A stretch of DNA of 64,000 nt from Pseudomonadota bacterium (GCA_918234285.1 CAKJXZ020000030.1:32001-96000); one strand, 5' to 3'. Numbered from the stretch's first letter, positions 1 to 10,395 are shown. Notes: generated by a model from the letters alone, not told the origin. Numbers and translations: made by a program.

Positions 1-1702
1 TGACGAGTTTACCGGTCGTATTATGGAAGGTCGCCGCTTTAGTGATGGTTTACACCAAGCTCTGGAAGCTAAAGAAGGTGTGGAAATTCAATCAGAAAAC
101 CAAACACTGGCTTCCATTACTTTCCAAAATTACTTCCGTTTATACGCCAAACTCGCCGGTATGACCGGTACGGCTATGACCGAAGAAAACGAGTTTTATG
201 ATATTTATAACCTGACCTGTGTCGAAATTCCGACCAACAAGCCGGTAATTCGCGAAGATTTGCAAGACGAAATTTATCGCCTGGCCGACGAAAAATACCG
301 CGCCATAATCAACACCATTATTGACAGCCATCGCCGCGGTCAACCGGTACTGGTTGGTACCACCTCGGTCGAAAAGTCCGAAATTGTAGCCGATTTATTG
401 CATAAAGCGGCACCGGAAATAAAATTTGAAGTTTTAAATGCCCGCCATCACGAACGCGAAGCGGCCATCGTGGCTCAAGCCGGTGTTTCGGGTGCCATTA
501 CGATTGCCACCAATATGGCCGGCCGCGGTACGGATATTCAGCTCGGCGGCAACCCTGATATGAAACTCAAAGAAAGACTTACCGGTGAAGAAACGCCGGA
601 GCAAATTGCCGCCATTAAAAAAGAAATTGAAGCCGAAGTTGCTGCCGATAAAGAAAAAGTAATTAAGGCCGGCGGTTTATATATTGTCGGTACCGAGCGC
701 CACGAAAGCCGTCGTATTGATAACCAGCTGCGCGGACGTTCCGGTCGTCAGGGCGATCCGGGAACTTCTAAATTCTTCCTTTCCATGGAAGATGATTTGA
801 TGCGCATCTTCGGCTCGGAAAAAATTTCCACCGTTTTGCAGCGTCTCGGCTTGCCTGAAGGCGAAGCACTCGTTCACCCATGGATAAGCAAAGCGCTGGA
901 AAAAGCCCAGAAAAAGGTGGAGGAACGCAACTTTGATATCCGTAAAGATTTGCTTAAATATGATAACGTTATGAACGAGCAACGCAAGATTATTTACGGT
1001 GAGCGCCGTGAAATTATGGAACAGGAAGATGTTTCGGATATCATTAAAGAAATGCGCGATGAATACTTGAGCGATATTATTCGTGCCCATGTTCCTTACG
1101 GTACTTCGGTGCAAGAATGGAATGTTGACGGCCTGAAACAAGACATTCAATCGGCAACCGGTTTCAGTATGCCGATAGCCAACTGGTGCAACAACCCGGA
1201 TATTGACAGTGACAAGATGCAAGAACTCATATTGGCTGAAGTTGATAATCGTTTGGCCGAACGTGAATCCGCTCTGCCGGAAAATATCGTTAAAATGGTA
1301 CAAAAGAGTATCTTGTTACAGGTGTTGGATCAATTGTGGAAAGATCATATTGCCGCACTTGATTTGATGCGCCATACCATCGTGTTGCGGGCTTATGGCC
1401 AAAAGGACCCGCTGAACGAATACAAAAAAGAAGCCTTTAATATGTTCTCCGATTTGCTGAATGTATTAAAAGAGCGTGTTACCGTCGTTATCTGCCATAC
1501 GGTTATTCAAACCGAAACCGAACAGCAAATGCAACGTGCCATGGATAAGGAACAGAACCGCAAAATGTCGGCTTTCCATGACGGCGCCGTAACCACCGAT
1601 GAAGAAACGAACAAAAACATTTTTGCCGATGTCGGTCGCAATGATCCTTGCCCGTGCGGCAGCGGTAAAAAATTTAAACATTGTCACGGCCGCTTAATCT
1701 GA
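1..1702 (+). CDS. secA: Preprotein translocase ATPase SecA (5' truncated by window edge)
   Basis: GRRFSDGLHQALEAKE, TNMAGRGTDI and RRIDNQLRGRSGRQGDPG motifs; C-terminal SEC-C GRNDPCPCGSGKKFKHCHG. Confidence 0.98.
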   Translation, partial: DEFTGRIMEGRRFSDGLHQALEAKEGVEIQSENQTLASITFQNYFRLYAKLAGMTGTAMTEENEFYDIYNLTCVEIPTNKPVIREDLQDEIYRLADEKYRAIINTIIDSHRRGQPVLVGTTSVEKSEIVADLLHKAAPEIKFEVLNARHHEREAAIVAQAGVSGAITIATNMAGRGTDIQLGGNPDMKLKERLTGEETPEQIAAIKKEIEAEVAADKEKVIKAGGLYIVGTERHESRRIDNQLRGRSGRQGDPGTSKFFLSMEDDLMRIFGSEKISTVLQRLGLPEGEALVHPWISKALEKAQKKVEERNFDIRKDLLKYDNVMNEQRKIIYGERREIMEQEDVSDIIKEMRDEYLSDIIRAHVPYGTSVQEWNVDGLKQDIQSATGFSMPIANWCNNPDIDSDKMQELILAEVDNRLAERESALPENIVKMVQKSILLQVLDQLWKDHIAALDLMRHTIVLRAYGQKDPLNEYKKEAFNMFSDLLNVLKERVTVVICHTVIQTETEQQMQRAMDKEQNRKMSAFHDGAVTTDEETNKNIFADVGRNDPCPCGSGKKFKHCHGRLI

Positions 1703-1716
1703 ACGGAGTAACCAAC

Positions 1717-2469
1717 ATGATGCGAATACACGAACCGGAAAGCAATATAGAAAGAATCTTTGATTTCTGTGAGCGCAACTACAAAAAGCTCAAACGGATT
1801 TTCATTATCACTTTTTCCTGCATATTCCTGTTACTGTTTTCGCGTCTGACTATTTGGGCCGTAAATCGCTACACCTTTAACCGCGATTTGAATCGCACGG
1901 TTAACCAAATTTCACAACTGATTGACAATGTGCGTACCACTTATGCCGTAAATACCTCCACCAAAACCGATATAATGCGCTTGATGGCACAGTCGAATAC
2001 CATGCCGGGGTTTTTGGTGCAGGATGGTAAACTGGTTAACATATACGGCGGCGGTATTGCCGTTTCTTCGGCTAATCCTGTCATCCGCGACGATAAATCA
2101 CTTCCTACCTTCAAAATCGCCTACCAAGGTCTGAAAAAAGATGTTTGTATGGCCCTGTCTTATCTTGATTGGGGCGGCAAGGAAAGCGGATTGATTTCGG
2201 TAGCTCTCGGCTCCATCGACAGCGAGGGTGTAGACACCGCATTACGCGATATTGAAGAAGATGTTGAGGATGAACAAGTAGAAATCACCATTCCGGGCGG
2301 TCGCAAAAAATGGGTGAAACTACCGCGAAAAATTATGGCCAATATTGCCAAACCGGATGACGTTTCCAACCCTACTCCGTTTACCGAAGATTTAGCCGAT
2401 GAAGGTTGTAACTGCGGTTCGCAGCGCTCTTGTTCGTTTGCGTTGCGTTATTATACATATCTGCGTTGA
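1717..2469 (+). CDS. Type IV pilin-like (PilS/type IVb-like) membrane-anchored protein
   Basis: N-terminal hydrophobic helix, NIYGGGIAV and FKIAYQGLKKDVC segments, C-terminal Cys cluster; GGAG before ATG 1717; no clear prepilin cleavage site. Confidence 0.55.
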   Translation: MMRIHEPESNIERIFDFCERNYKKLKRIFIITFSCIFLLLFSRLTIWAVNRYTFNRDLNRTVNQISQLIDNVRTTYAVNTSTKTDIMRLMAQSNTMPGFLVQDGKLVNIYGGGIAVSSANPVIRDDKSLPTFKIAYQGLKKDVCMALSYLDWGGKESGLISVALGSIDSEGVDTALRDIEEDVEDEQVEITIPGGRKKWVKLPRKIMANIAKPDDVSNPTPFTEDLADEGCNCGSQRSCSFALRYYTYLR

Positions 2470-2473
2470 TTGG

Positions 2474-3040
2474 TCACAACTTAAGCAAATTTTCGGAAAT
2501 ATCACGCGTCATTTGATGTACGGTTTCGGCCTGTGCCTCAACCAGCGCTTGCATTCCGGATTTTTTCACCGGTGCCGTATACGTTTGCTGCTCGCGCTTC
2601 AAAATCTTGCCGTTACTATCGCAAATACTCCACCAGGACGACAGGATAACCTTATCATCAGTATAAGCCTTCAAATCGTTAATTTCAACATTGATATTGT
2701 ATTGCATCGACTTATTATCGTAACTCGCCCGTTTAACGTACGCATTCGGCATATACACAATCAAATCGTTGATAACCGTTGTCTGGATAATATCCGGTAA
2801 CACTTCCGCCCAACGATGGAACTCTAAAATTTGTACTTCGGCCGAGTCTTTGTCATAAGTTACCATTTGCGATTTATCCAGCATTTCCGGCACTTTAACC
2901 TGATTAACCGCCACACTTACCGCCTTATCGGAAAGCGAATTAATGCCGGAACTGTTCATAACGTAAAATTGCGACTGCGGAGAGCGAAAACTGCATGCAT
3001 TCAACAAGATGACCATACAAATCAAAATTATTTTTTTCAT
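2474..3040 (-). CDS. PqiC-like ABC transport auxiliary lipoprotein
   Basis: Lipobox LNAC, RWAE motif; last gene of the MlaE/F/D operon. Confidence 0.85.
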   Translation of the reverse strand: MKKIILICMVILLNACSFRSPQSQFYVMNSSGINSLSDKAVSVAVNQVKVPEMLDKSQMVTYDKDSAEVQILEFHRWAEVLPDIIQTTVINDLIVYMPNAYVKRASYDNKSMQYNINVEINDLKAYTDDKVILSSWWSICDSNGKILKREQQTYTAPVKKSGMQALVEAQAETVHQMTRDISENLLKL

Positions 3041-3041
3041 T

Positions 3042-3917
3042 TTATTTCTCCTTTCCCTGAACAATGGCTTCCGGATGGCGCTCCAGATAATCGGTCAAAT
3101 TCTTGAGCGAACGGCTGGCCTTAGAAATATCTTCCATGGTTTTATTCATATTTTCCATTGTCTTTCCGGCACTTCCGGTCTTCTCATCCATAACCGCGCC
3201 CAATCTCTTTGACACGGTGTTGAGGTTTTGCAAAAGCGGCGGAATATTTTTATTCAGACTCTCCGCCAAATCGTTCAAGTTTTTCATGGTATTCGGCGTT
3301 GTTTCTCTGATACTGGCCATCGTTTGTGAAATATTTTCCAAAATGAGCGGCAGACTTTCATCAATATTATCAATCAGATTGCCGACGCGAACGATGGTAT
3401 CTTGCAACGGAATATCCTCCAAATCCTTAGAAAGCTGCGCAAAAGAAGAATATACGGTCGGTATTTCCGGATATTTACCGGTGCCGCGATAAATCGCTTT
3501 GTCACTCGGCACCATCACCAGTTCAATCATCAACTGCCCGGTTAAAAAGTTAGATGTAATCAGGCGTGCTCTCAATCCTTTTTTGACCAATTCTTTCAAG
3601 AGGACTTCATATTCTTCTCTGCTTCGTTCCGGAGTGGAACCATCGTCGTTAAAAACCATATAAACCGGGGTTTTGAATGTTCCTTTTTCCAAATTCGTCA
3701 TTAAGCGGATTTTAGCCACCTTTCCGACTTCCACCCCTTGTAATACCACCGGTGAGCCGACGCTTAAACCGCGAACCGATTCATCAAAATACATGATAAG
3801 CATATCTTCATCTTTTGCCGACGCATATTTTTGTTTCACATAATAACCGACAATGACGGCAAAGCAGATTATGCCGATTAAAACAAAAAGTCCGGTAAGT
3901 CTGTATGTTTTATTCAT
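3042..3917 (-). CDS. mlaD: MCE/MlaD family protein
   Basis: N-terminal TM; GLSVGSPVVLQGVEVGKV MCE signature; C-terminal DYLERHPEA. Confidence 0.88.
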   Translation of the reverse strand: MNKTYRLTGLFVLIGIICFAVIVGYYVKQKYASAKDEDMLIMYFDESVRGLSVGSPVVLQGVEVGKVAKIRLMTNLEKGTFKTPVYMVFNDDGSTPERSREEYEVLLKELVKKGLRARLITSNFLTGQLMIELVMVPSDKAIYRGTGKYPEIPTVYSSFAQLSKDLEDIPLQDTIVRVGNLIDNIDESLPLILENISQTMASIRETTPNTMKNLNDLAESLNKNIPPLLQNLNTVSKRLGAVMDEKTGSAGKTMENMNKTMEDISKASRSLKNLTDYLERHPEAIVQGKEK

Positions 3918-4672
3918 TTTTTCTTCTCTCCTCGCGTTAAGAACTGATATACTGCCTCATTTGGCGGATTTTTCAATAATTCTCTCGGGTTACCTTTGGC
4001 CGTAATGGTTTTAGTGGCCGCATCCAAAAAGATGGAATTGGTCCCGATGGCAAAAATCGAGGCCAGCTCGTGAGTTACCACCACGATGGTCGTGCCCAAA
4101 CTGCGACTGATTTCAATAATCAAATCGTCCAAATTATGCGAACTTATCGGGTCCAATCCGGCCGATGGTTCATCAAAATACACAATATCCGGATCGAGCG
4201 CCAGAGCTCTGGCCAAACCGGCACGTTTCTTCATACCGCCGCTGATTTCGGAAGGATAAAAATCATCAAAACCGGTCAACCCGACCAAAGCCAGCTTTAA
4301 ATGCGCCAGTTCGCGCATGGCCGATGGCGAATAATCGGTGTATTGTTGCATCGGCAACATAATATTTTCAGCCAGAGTCATTGAACTGAACAGGGCTCCG
4401 CTCTGATATAGAATTCCGGATTTTGCGCGAATTTTCTGTACTTCCGCAGCCGGTGCTTTGACAATATCAACCCCGTTAATCACTACTGTTCCTTTAAGCG
4501 GCGGGATAAGTCCGGTCAGCACGCGTAACATACTGCTTTTACCGCAGCCGCTGCCCCCCATAATGATGAAAACGTCGCCTTTATTCACTTGATAATCGGC
4601 ATCATGAAGCAACACATAATCGCCGTAACCGACACTTAATCCCTTAACATCTATGGCAACCGGTTTACTCAT
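3914..4672 (-). CDS. mlaF: MlaF-type ABC transporter ATPase
   Basis: Walker A GGSGCGKS, signature ISGGMKKRAGLARAL, FDEPSAGLDP. Confidence 0.92.
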   Translation of the reverse strand: MSKPVAIDVKGLSVGYGDYVLLHDADYQVNKGDVFIIMGGSGCGKSSMLRVLTGLIPPLKGTVVINGVDIVKAPAAEVQKIRAKSGILYQSGALFSSMTLAENIMLPMQQYTDYSPSAMRELAHLKLALVGLTGFDDFYPSEISGGMKKRAGLARALALDPDIVYFDEPSAGLDPISSHNLDDLIIEISRSLGTTIVVVTHELASIFAIGTNSIFLDAATKTITAKGNPRELLKNPPNEAVYQFLTRGEKKK

Positions 4673-5799
4673 AGCCCCAACTCCATGCAAATAACCGTGA
4701 TAATACCGGTAGCGACAATCATCCAGACAATAGCTCTAACCACCGATTGCGTGGTAGCAACACCCACACTGTCGGCATTACGTCCGCAATTAAGGCCGCA
4801 ATAGCATCCGCAAACCGCGATAATGATACCGAAACAAAAACCATGAAAAACACCCACCAAAAAATTCTTCAGATTAAAGGCGTTAAAGGCGTACTTCCAA
4901 TATTCCTGATACGGCAAATCCATCATAAACACGCCGACAAAAGCCCCGCCGAGCATTCCCATAAAATCAGCCAGCATAGTTAACAGCGGCATGGCAATCA
5001 GCAGCGCCAACAGCCGCGGCAACACCAAAAAATCTACTTTGGAAAAGCCCATAGTCTGCAACGCATCCAGTTCCTCATTTACCTGCATGGTGCCGATGGT
5101 GGCGGCATAAGACGAACCGGTGCGACCGGCCATAATGATTCCAACCATAATTGCTCCCATAATGCGACACATACCGATAGTAACCAGGCTGGCCACATAA
5201 ATCTGCGCGCCGAAGGTTTCCAACTGGATGGCGCCCACAAAGGCCAGAATTAAACCGACTAAAAAGCTTATCAGTGAGACAATTCCCAATGCTTTGGGGC
5301 CGCAATCTTCCAACGCCGCCCAAAAGTCAACCCGTCGCATGATTGAGCGAAAACTCATCCATCTGCCGACAGATGAACACAGCTGCCCCAAAAAATCCAT
5401 AACATTCGATGTTTTTTGCAAAATATCCAGTGTTGCCTTGCCTAAATTTTCAAGAAATGGCATTTTGGCCGAACCACCATGCGTCGGCTTGCGATCATCG
5501 GCAAATGCCAGACGCATTAAATCCCGCAGATTCTGAGGCAACTCGGATAATTCGCAATCAATTCCCGCTTCCTTAGTCGCTCTGACGCTTTCATACAGAA
5601 CAACCAACAACGATGAATCCCACTCCCGCAAACCATCGGCATTCAGTATCAACCGTTTCGGCTTTGCGGCAATTTGCCGCTTCAGTTCGGCAAAAAATTC
5701 CGGATTATCATAATTCACCACGTCGCCGGATACGGACAAGCGTAAAGCATTATCCTCCGTACGTTTGAATTCGATATTATTTTCCGTCTTTTTCCGCAT
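4669..5799 (-). CDS. mlaE: MlaE permease with N-terminal STAS-like domain
   Basis: AGRTGSSYAATIGTMQVNEELDAL motif, multiple TM helices, WDSS in the N-domain. Confidence 0.92.
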   Translation of the reverse strand: MRKKTENNIEFKRTEDNALRLSVSGDVVNYDNPEFFAELKRQIAAKPKRLILNADGLREWDSSLLVVLYESVRATKEAGIDCELSELPQNLRDLMRLAFADDRKPTHGGSAKMPFLENLGKATLDILQKTSNVMDFLGQLCSSVGRWMSFRSIMRRVDFWAALEDCGPKALGIVSLISFLVGLILAFVGAIQLETFGAQIYVASLVTIGMCRIMGAIMVGIIMAGRTGSSYAATIGTMQVNEELDALQTMGFSKVDFLVLPRLLALLIAMPLLTMLADFMGMLGGAFVGVFMMDLPYQEYWKYAFNAFNLKNFLVGVFHGFCFGIIIAVCGCYCGLNCGRNADSVGVATTQSVVRAIVWMIVATGIITVICMELGL

Positions 5800-5989
5800 T
5801 CTCCAAAGCCTCGGCCAATTCTTCGGTTTCCAATTCGTCTAAATCCTCGGATGCCACGGCGTAACTGCCGTTAAACCAGTGGTTTAAGTCAACATCCGCA
5901 CAACGTTTTGAGCAAAACGGCATATATTCCTCTCCGGCAAATAACTTGCCGCAAATCGGACATTTATGCGTTTTTATAACATCACTCAC
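5777..5989 (-). CDS. yacG: DNA gyrase inhibitor YacG
   Basis: CPICGK...PFCSKRCADVDLNHW. Confidence 0.93.
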   Translation of the reverse strand: MSDVIKTHKCPICGKLFAGEEYMPFCSKRCADVDLNHWFNGSYAVASEDLDELETEELAEALENAEKDGK

Positions 5990-7149
5990 GGCTCAACTCT
6001 TCCCGTACCCTGACAAGTCGGGCACTCAACCGTATACAAATCGCGCAAACTCGGACGGCGACGTTGCCGCAAAATTTCGATATTACCGGCACGGCTCAAG
6101 CCCAATACACGGCTATGGCAAGCATCATCAGCCAATTCTTCTTCCAAGCAATCAATAATACTCTTCATAAAGCGATATTCCGACGAACCGGCAAAGTCTA
6201 TAATAATTTTGCCGGAAAGATTGCGCAAACGAATCTGCCGGGCGATTTCTTTGGCCGCCTCAATATTTAAGGCATCAATATCGCCCACGTTGCGTACCCC
6301 GCCGCTGTCGACATCTATGGCAACGCAAGCGCGCGTTTCTTCAATTTGCAGACTTCCGCCGCTTTTTAACTTAACCGTGCGTTCCAACGCATCGATAATC
6401 GCATCATCAACGCCGTATTCTTCAAAACCGTTTTTCTGCAAAGTTACTTTACCGCCGAACACAGCCGCTACAGCCTGTTCCAAATTAGGTGTATCGACCA
6501 CAACCTCTTTCAAACTGTCGCGATAACGGCGAATGTACTCAAACAACGGATTTTCCTTGGCATACAATAATGCCGGCGCTGTCAATGTTCTGGCTTTTTT
6601 GCGAATATCTTCGTAAACGGCACGTAATTCATCCATTTCGGCAACAATCTGCTGTTCGCTGCCTTCAACTGACATAGTGCGCAAAATCCAACCTTCTTGT
6701 CCGTTGCACTTTTCGCGAACAACTTTAGCATATTGTTCGGCTTTTTGCGTATCTTCGATTTTACGTGAATATTCAACATCATATTTGAACGGGCAATAAA
6801 CCAGATAAGAGCCCACCAACTGAATATTGCGCACCACTTTAGCTCCTTTTTCGGCGTGTTTTTCCTGCAAAACCTGCACCACCACGCTCTGACCTTCGCT
6901 CATATTAGCTTCTTTCAAGGCCGGTTCGTAAGCATTTAAGAATGCCTCATGACCATCGCCTATATCAACAATAAAACCGTATCTGTCATTGGCTAAATTA
7001 ATCTTCTTGACAATTCTGCCGAGATAAACGTTACCCTCAATGGCACGACTGTCGTTATAGATATCGATTTCCATCAAACCGGTATCGTCGAAAACGGCAA
7101 TACCGAAAGCTTCTTCGTTTCTGTCATAAATTATTTTCTGAGCATTCAT
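5986..7149 (-). CDS. rng: Ribonuclease E/G family (short, RNase G-like)
   Basis: GNVYLGR S1 start, AIDVDSG, RQIRLRNLSGKIIIDF, Zn-link CPTCQGTG; between maf and yacG. Confidence 0.88.
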   Translation of the reverse strand: MNAQKIIYDRNEEAFGIAVFDDTGLMEIDIYNDSRAIEGNVYLGRIVKKINLANDRYGFIVDIGDGHEAFLNAYEPALKEANMSEGQSVVVQVLQEKHAEKGAKVVRNIQLVGSYLVYCPFKYDVEYSRKIEDTQKAEQYAKVVREKCNGQEGWILRTMSVEGSEQQIVAEMDELRAVYEDIRKKARTLTAPALLYAKENPLFEYIRRYRDSLKEVVVDTPNLEQAVAAVFGGKVTLQKNGFEEYGVDDAIIDALERTVKLKSGGSLQIEETRACVAIDVDSGGVRNVGDIDALNIEAAKEIARQIRLRNLSGKIIIDFAGSSEYRFMKSIIDCLEEELADDACHSRVLGLSRAGNIEILRQRRRPSLRDLYTVECPTCQGTGRVEP

Positions 7150-7730
7150 TTTACCCCTACTCCTTTTAACAAATTCAATGTTTCATATAGCGGCAACCCG
7201 ACCACACCGGAATAAGAACCCACCATTTTGGTTACATATCCGGCCAGCCGTCCTTCAATTTTATAACCGCAAACACCTTTCCATTCTCCGCATTCGATAT
7301 ATGCGTTCAAATCCTCATCCGACAATACTTTCATCATTATTTTGGTTGTGACGGTGCGTTGAGAAATCTTTCCTTTTTTATTGATTAAGCACACCGAACT
7401 GATGACGCGATGCGTGCGTCCCGACAAGAGTTTCATATACATAAGCTGTTCGGCGGCATCTTTAGCCTTGTGTAAAATTCTTTGCCCCACGGTCACAACG
7501 GTATCACATGCCAAAACGTTTTCGTCAGGGCACAAAGCGGCAACATGTTTAGCTTTCTCCAGCGCCATTCTCCGCACATAAGGTAACGGCTTTTCATGAG
7601 GCAAACAATTTTCATCAATATCGGCCGGTTGAATTTTTTTAGGCTCATAAGCCACCTGCCGCAACAAGGCAATTCGCTGCGGCGAACCGGATGCCAGTAT
7701 AAAATCTTTTACCTCGATTGAATCTTGCAT
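7146..7730 (-). CDS. maf: Maf-family nucleotide pyrophosphatase
   Basis: ILASGSPQR, ACDTVV, LSGRTH, VVGLPL. Confidence 0.93.
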   Translation of the reverse strand: MQDSIEVKDFILASGSPQRIALLRQVAYEPKKIQPADIDENCLPHEKPLPYVRRMALEKAKHVAALCPDENVLACDTVVTVGQRILHKAKDAAEQLMYMKLLSGRTHRVISSVCLINKKGKISQRTVTTKIMMKVLSDEDLNAYIECGEWKGVCGYKIEGRLAGYVTKMVGSYSGVVGLPLYETLNLLKGVGVK

Positions 7731-7733
7731 AAA

Positions 7734-8162
7734 TTAAGCGCCGTTATCATCATCAAAAGTTTTTTCCATACGCTCGTGACGCTCCTGCGCTTCAATCGAC
7801 AGGGTTGCCACCGGACGAGCTTCCAAACGATTTATCCCTATCGGTTCGCCGGTTTCTTCACAATAACCGTATGTTCCTTCTTCGATTCTATCCAACGCTT
7901 CGTCAATTTTCGTTATCAACTTACGAATTCTGTCTTTGGTACGCAAATCCAATGACTTATCGGTTTCCAAAGAAGCGCGGTCAATTTCATCAGGCTGATT
8001 CAGCCCCCCCTGACGTAAATCGTCCAATGTATCGGCCGATTGAGAAACAAGGGATTTCTTCCAATTTTCCAGCTTCTGACGAAAATACTCAAGTTGCATC
8101 TCGTTCATATATTCTTCGTCGGCTGACGGTTTATAATCCGGTGGTAATACAATAGACGTCAT
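7734..8162 (-). CDS. dksA: RNA polymerase-binding protein DksA
   Basis: YMNEMQLEYF, PDEIDRAS, GTYGYCEETGEPIGINRLEARP; AGGAG RBS favours ATG at 8162. Confidence 0.95.
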   Translation of the reverse strand: MTSIVLPPDYKPSADEEYMNEMQLEYFRQKLENWKKSLVSQSADTLDDLRQGGLNQPDEIDRASLETDKSLDLRTKDRIRKLITKIDEALDRIEEGTYGYCEETGEPIGINRLEARPVATLSIEAQERHERMEKTFDDDNGA

Positions 8163-8255
8163 TTTACATCTCCTTTTATCTGATATAGTTTTACAATAAT
8201 TAACAATAAACCGACACAACTTCAAGACTTATTCTGACTTAATAACATAAAGTTG

Positions 8256-8945
8256 TCAGTTAAATATCCACGTTACCTCATTGTCCCGATCATCGTTGCA
8301 CTGCGCATTGCTATCGCCTTTATTTTTACCGGTCAGCATAACCCGGCTTACCGGCAAAGCGCAAACAGAGTTGCTGCTACCGGTACAATTACCGCTGGTA
8401 GCACCGACAGTACTACCGTTCTCACCGCCATAGGCCGGCCAATACCAAGCCTTTGTTTTGTTGACAATCACGGCATATAAGTCAGCATATTGATTTCTAC
8501 GCCAATCCTTCAAGGCCAGTTCAACACATTGTTTTTTGGAAAGGTTTTTAAATGTTACAAAAAACTTTTCCGGATCGTTATTATAAATATTAACGTCAAC
8601 CTTACCGCCGAATGCGTGGTAAATTGAGACCTTATTGCTTCCCGGCACTACCCGATACGTATTCGGAACAATGGTCTTTGCGCATTCCACCGTGACAGTC
8701 GTACTGTCTTTTTCGCACTTTCCGTTTACTTTATCTACCACCTCAGTATAATCAACATCAATTGCCGAAGAACGCACCATCGCTCCTACCAACTCCGTAA
8801 GTTGCAGAGATGCCGTGCTGTATTTATGATTATCAAACGCACTGCTGACAATCTTTCCTATGGCAATAATCACACCCATAACCACCATAAGGTAGCCCAT
8901 CATTTCAATCATTGACCTGCCGGCCTGTGTTTTCTTTATATTCAT
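8256..8945 (-). CDS. Type IV pilin-like protein
   Basis: Class III signal QAG|RSMIEMM followed by a hydrophobic helix; HAFGGKV; several Cys. Confidence 0.8.
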   Translation of the reverse strand: MNIKKTQAGRSMIEMMGYLMVVMGVIIAIGKIVSSAFDNHKYSTASLQLTELVGAMVRSSAIDVDYTEVVDKVNGKCEKDSTTVTVECAKTIVPNTYRVVPGSNKVSIYHAFGGKVDVNIYNNDPEKFFVTFKNLSKKQCVELALKDWRRNQYADLYAVIVNKTKAWYWPAYGGENGSTVGATSGNCTGSSNSVCALPVSRVMLTGKNKGDSNAQCNDDRDNEVTWIFN

Positions 8946-9071
8946 GTTTTTACCCCTGTATGCCTCAGAATACCACAAAAAAACTTCATTAACAATAACT
9001 TTTATAAAATACTTTATTTTTTTTATAAGGCGATTATAATAAAGTTATTAAATATGATTAAGGAATAATAA

Positions 9072-9620
9072 ATGAAAAAGATTACAATTCTTTTAACAAC
9101 CGCACTTTTTACGGCCGTAAGCGGTTTTTCGGCACACGCCGACAGCTATAACTACGTTCCGTATATCGGGGTTGATTATGTGTTCAGCCGCGCTAATGCG
9201 TTCGGCACACATCCCGCGCACCACGGCGGAGCTCTGCGCCTGGGCTCGGAATACAGCAAATATTTTTCAACCGAAGTATTCGTCACCCAAAGCACTCAAG
9301 ATAAAAACAATGTCGGGGCAGACAGTTTAAAAACCTCTTATTTTGCTTACGGCTTGGATATTTTGGCTTATTCTCCGGAGCTTGCCGGGGTTGCTCTCTT
9401 GGCCACCGCTGGTATCGGCGAATATAATTACAAGACCAAATTCAGCCCGACCGATCGTCACCATGAACACGGATACGGCTATCGATTCGGCGGCGGTTTA
9501 AAATATGCTTTTGATGAACATTGGCAAACCCGTTTCATCTGCCGCTACGTAAATTTTGATAAACTGGACGGATATGACCACAGTATGGAATATTCATTCG
9601 GTGTTGAATATCACTTTTAA
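9072..9620 (+). CDS. Outer-membrane beta-barrel protein (OmpA/OmpW-like)
   Basis: Signal peptide AHA|D, amphipathic strands, C-terminal GVEYHF. Confidence 0.8.
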   Translation: MKKITILLTTALFTAVSGFSAHADSYNYVPYIGVDYVFSRANAFGTHPAHHGGALRLGSEYSKYFSTEVFVTQSTQDKNNVGADSLKTSYFAYGLDILAYSPELAGVALLATAGIGEYNYKTKFSPTDRHHEHGYGYRFGGGLKYAFDEHWQTRFICRYVNFDKLDGYDHSMEYSFGVEYHF

Positions 9621-9635
9621 TAAAGGAATAAAACA

Positions 9636-10133
9636 ATGGGGAAAAAACTTTTTGTTATAATCGTAATGCTGTTTTTGTTCGGCTGGAGTTTGACGTTGCT
9701 CCAAAAAAATAAGCCGGAGCCGGTAACCGCTCAAACAGAGGATTCACCGGTGGTGCAAGCTGAAGAAGTTTTGCCGGAAACGGTCTATTCTTTCAACGCA
9801 CAAGAACTTACCGAAGAATGTTCGGAAGATGTCAACGGTATGCTGTGTGCGGTTGAAAAAGCCGTTAAATGTACCTTGAAACCGGAAATGGAAATGTGCG
9901 CCAAATTAAATCTCCCGCCGTTTATTTTCATGAAAGACCCGACTGTAGAGCGCCCGACGGAAATGAATTATAAATTCATCAATAAAATCGTGTTACCGAA
10001 CGGTACCACCGAAATTCATACCGAAAGCTCGTGCAACGGCGGCTGGTTCGGTTTGTGCCAGGGAACAATCATTTACGTTCTCGGTCAAAGCGGCGGCAAA
10101 TGGAACGTTCGTGACATTTATGCCATCGAATAA
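9636..10133 (+). CDS. Hypothetical membrane-anchored Cys-rich protein
   Basis: N-terminal TM, six Cys, AAGGA RBS. Confidence 0.7.
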   Translation: MGKKLFVIIVMLFLFGWSLTLLQKNKPEPVTAQTEDSPVVQAEEVLPETVYSFNAQELTEECSEDVNGMLCAVEKAVKCTLKPEMEMCAKLNLPPFIFMKDPTVERPTEMNYKFINKIVLPNGTTEIHTESSCNGGWFGLCQGTIIYVLGQSGGKWNVRDIYAIE

Positions 10134-10154
10134 GCGGCAACAAGCTTAAATAAC

Positions 10155-10183
10155 AAAACGGCGTCTTATGCGGTCGCCGTTTT
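10155..10183. terminator. Probable bidirectional intrinsic terminator
   Basis: AAAACGGCG...CGCCGTTTT between convergent genes. Confidence 0.6.
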
Positions 10184-10201
10184 ATTTTATCTTCAAAAAC
10201 A

Positions 10202-10369
10202 TCAAAACTCAGAAACATTGCCGACACATTTGTCCGGATTTGCCGTGCAATAATTCTGATTCTGGCCGTAACTGCTCATTGATTTTCTTTCTCCGCTTAA
10301 ATGGTCCGCTACAAATGCCGAACACGCCGAAATCAATAAAATTGCCGTAAACATCAATAGTTTTTTCAT
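10202..10369 (-). CDS. Small 55-aa lipoprotein (absent from the ORF track)
   Basis: MKKLLMFTAILLISA|CSAFVADHLSGERKSMSSYGQNQNYCTANPDKCVGNVSEF; GGAG RBS; lipobox ISAC. Confidence 0.7.
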   Translation of the reverse strand: MKKLLMFTAILLISACSAFVADHLSGERKSMSSYGQNQNYCTANPDKCVGNVSEF

Positions 10370-10395
10370 AATTATCTCCGCATATCGTCAACAAA

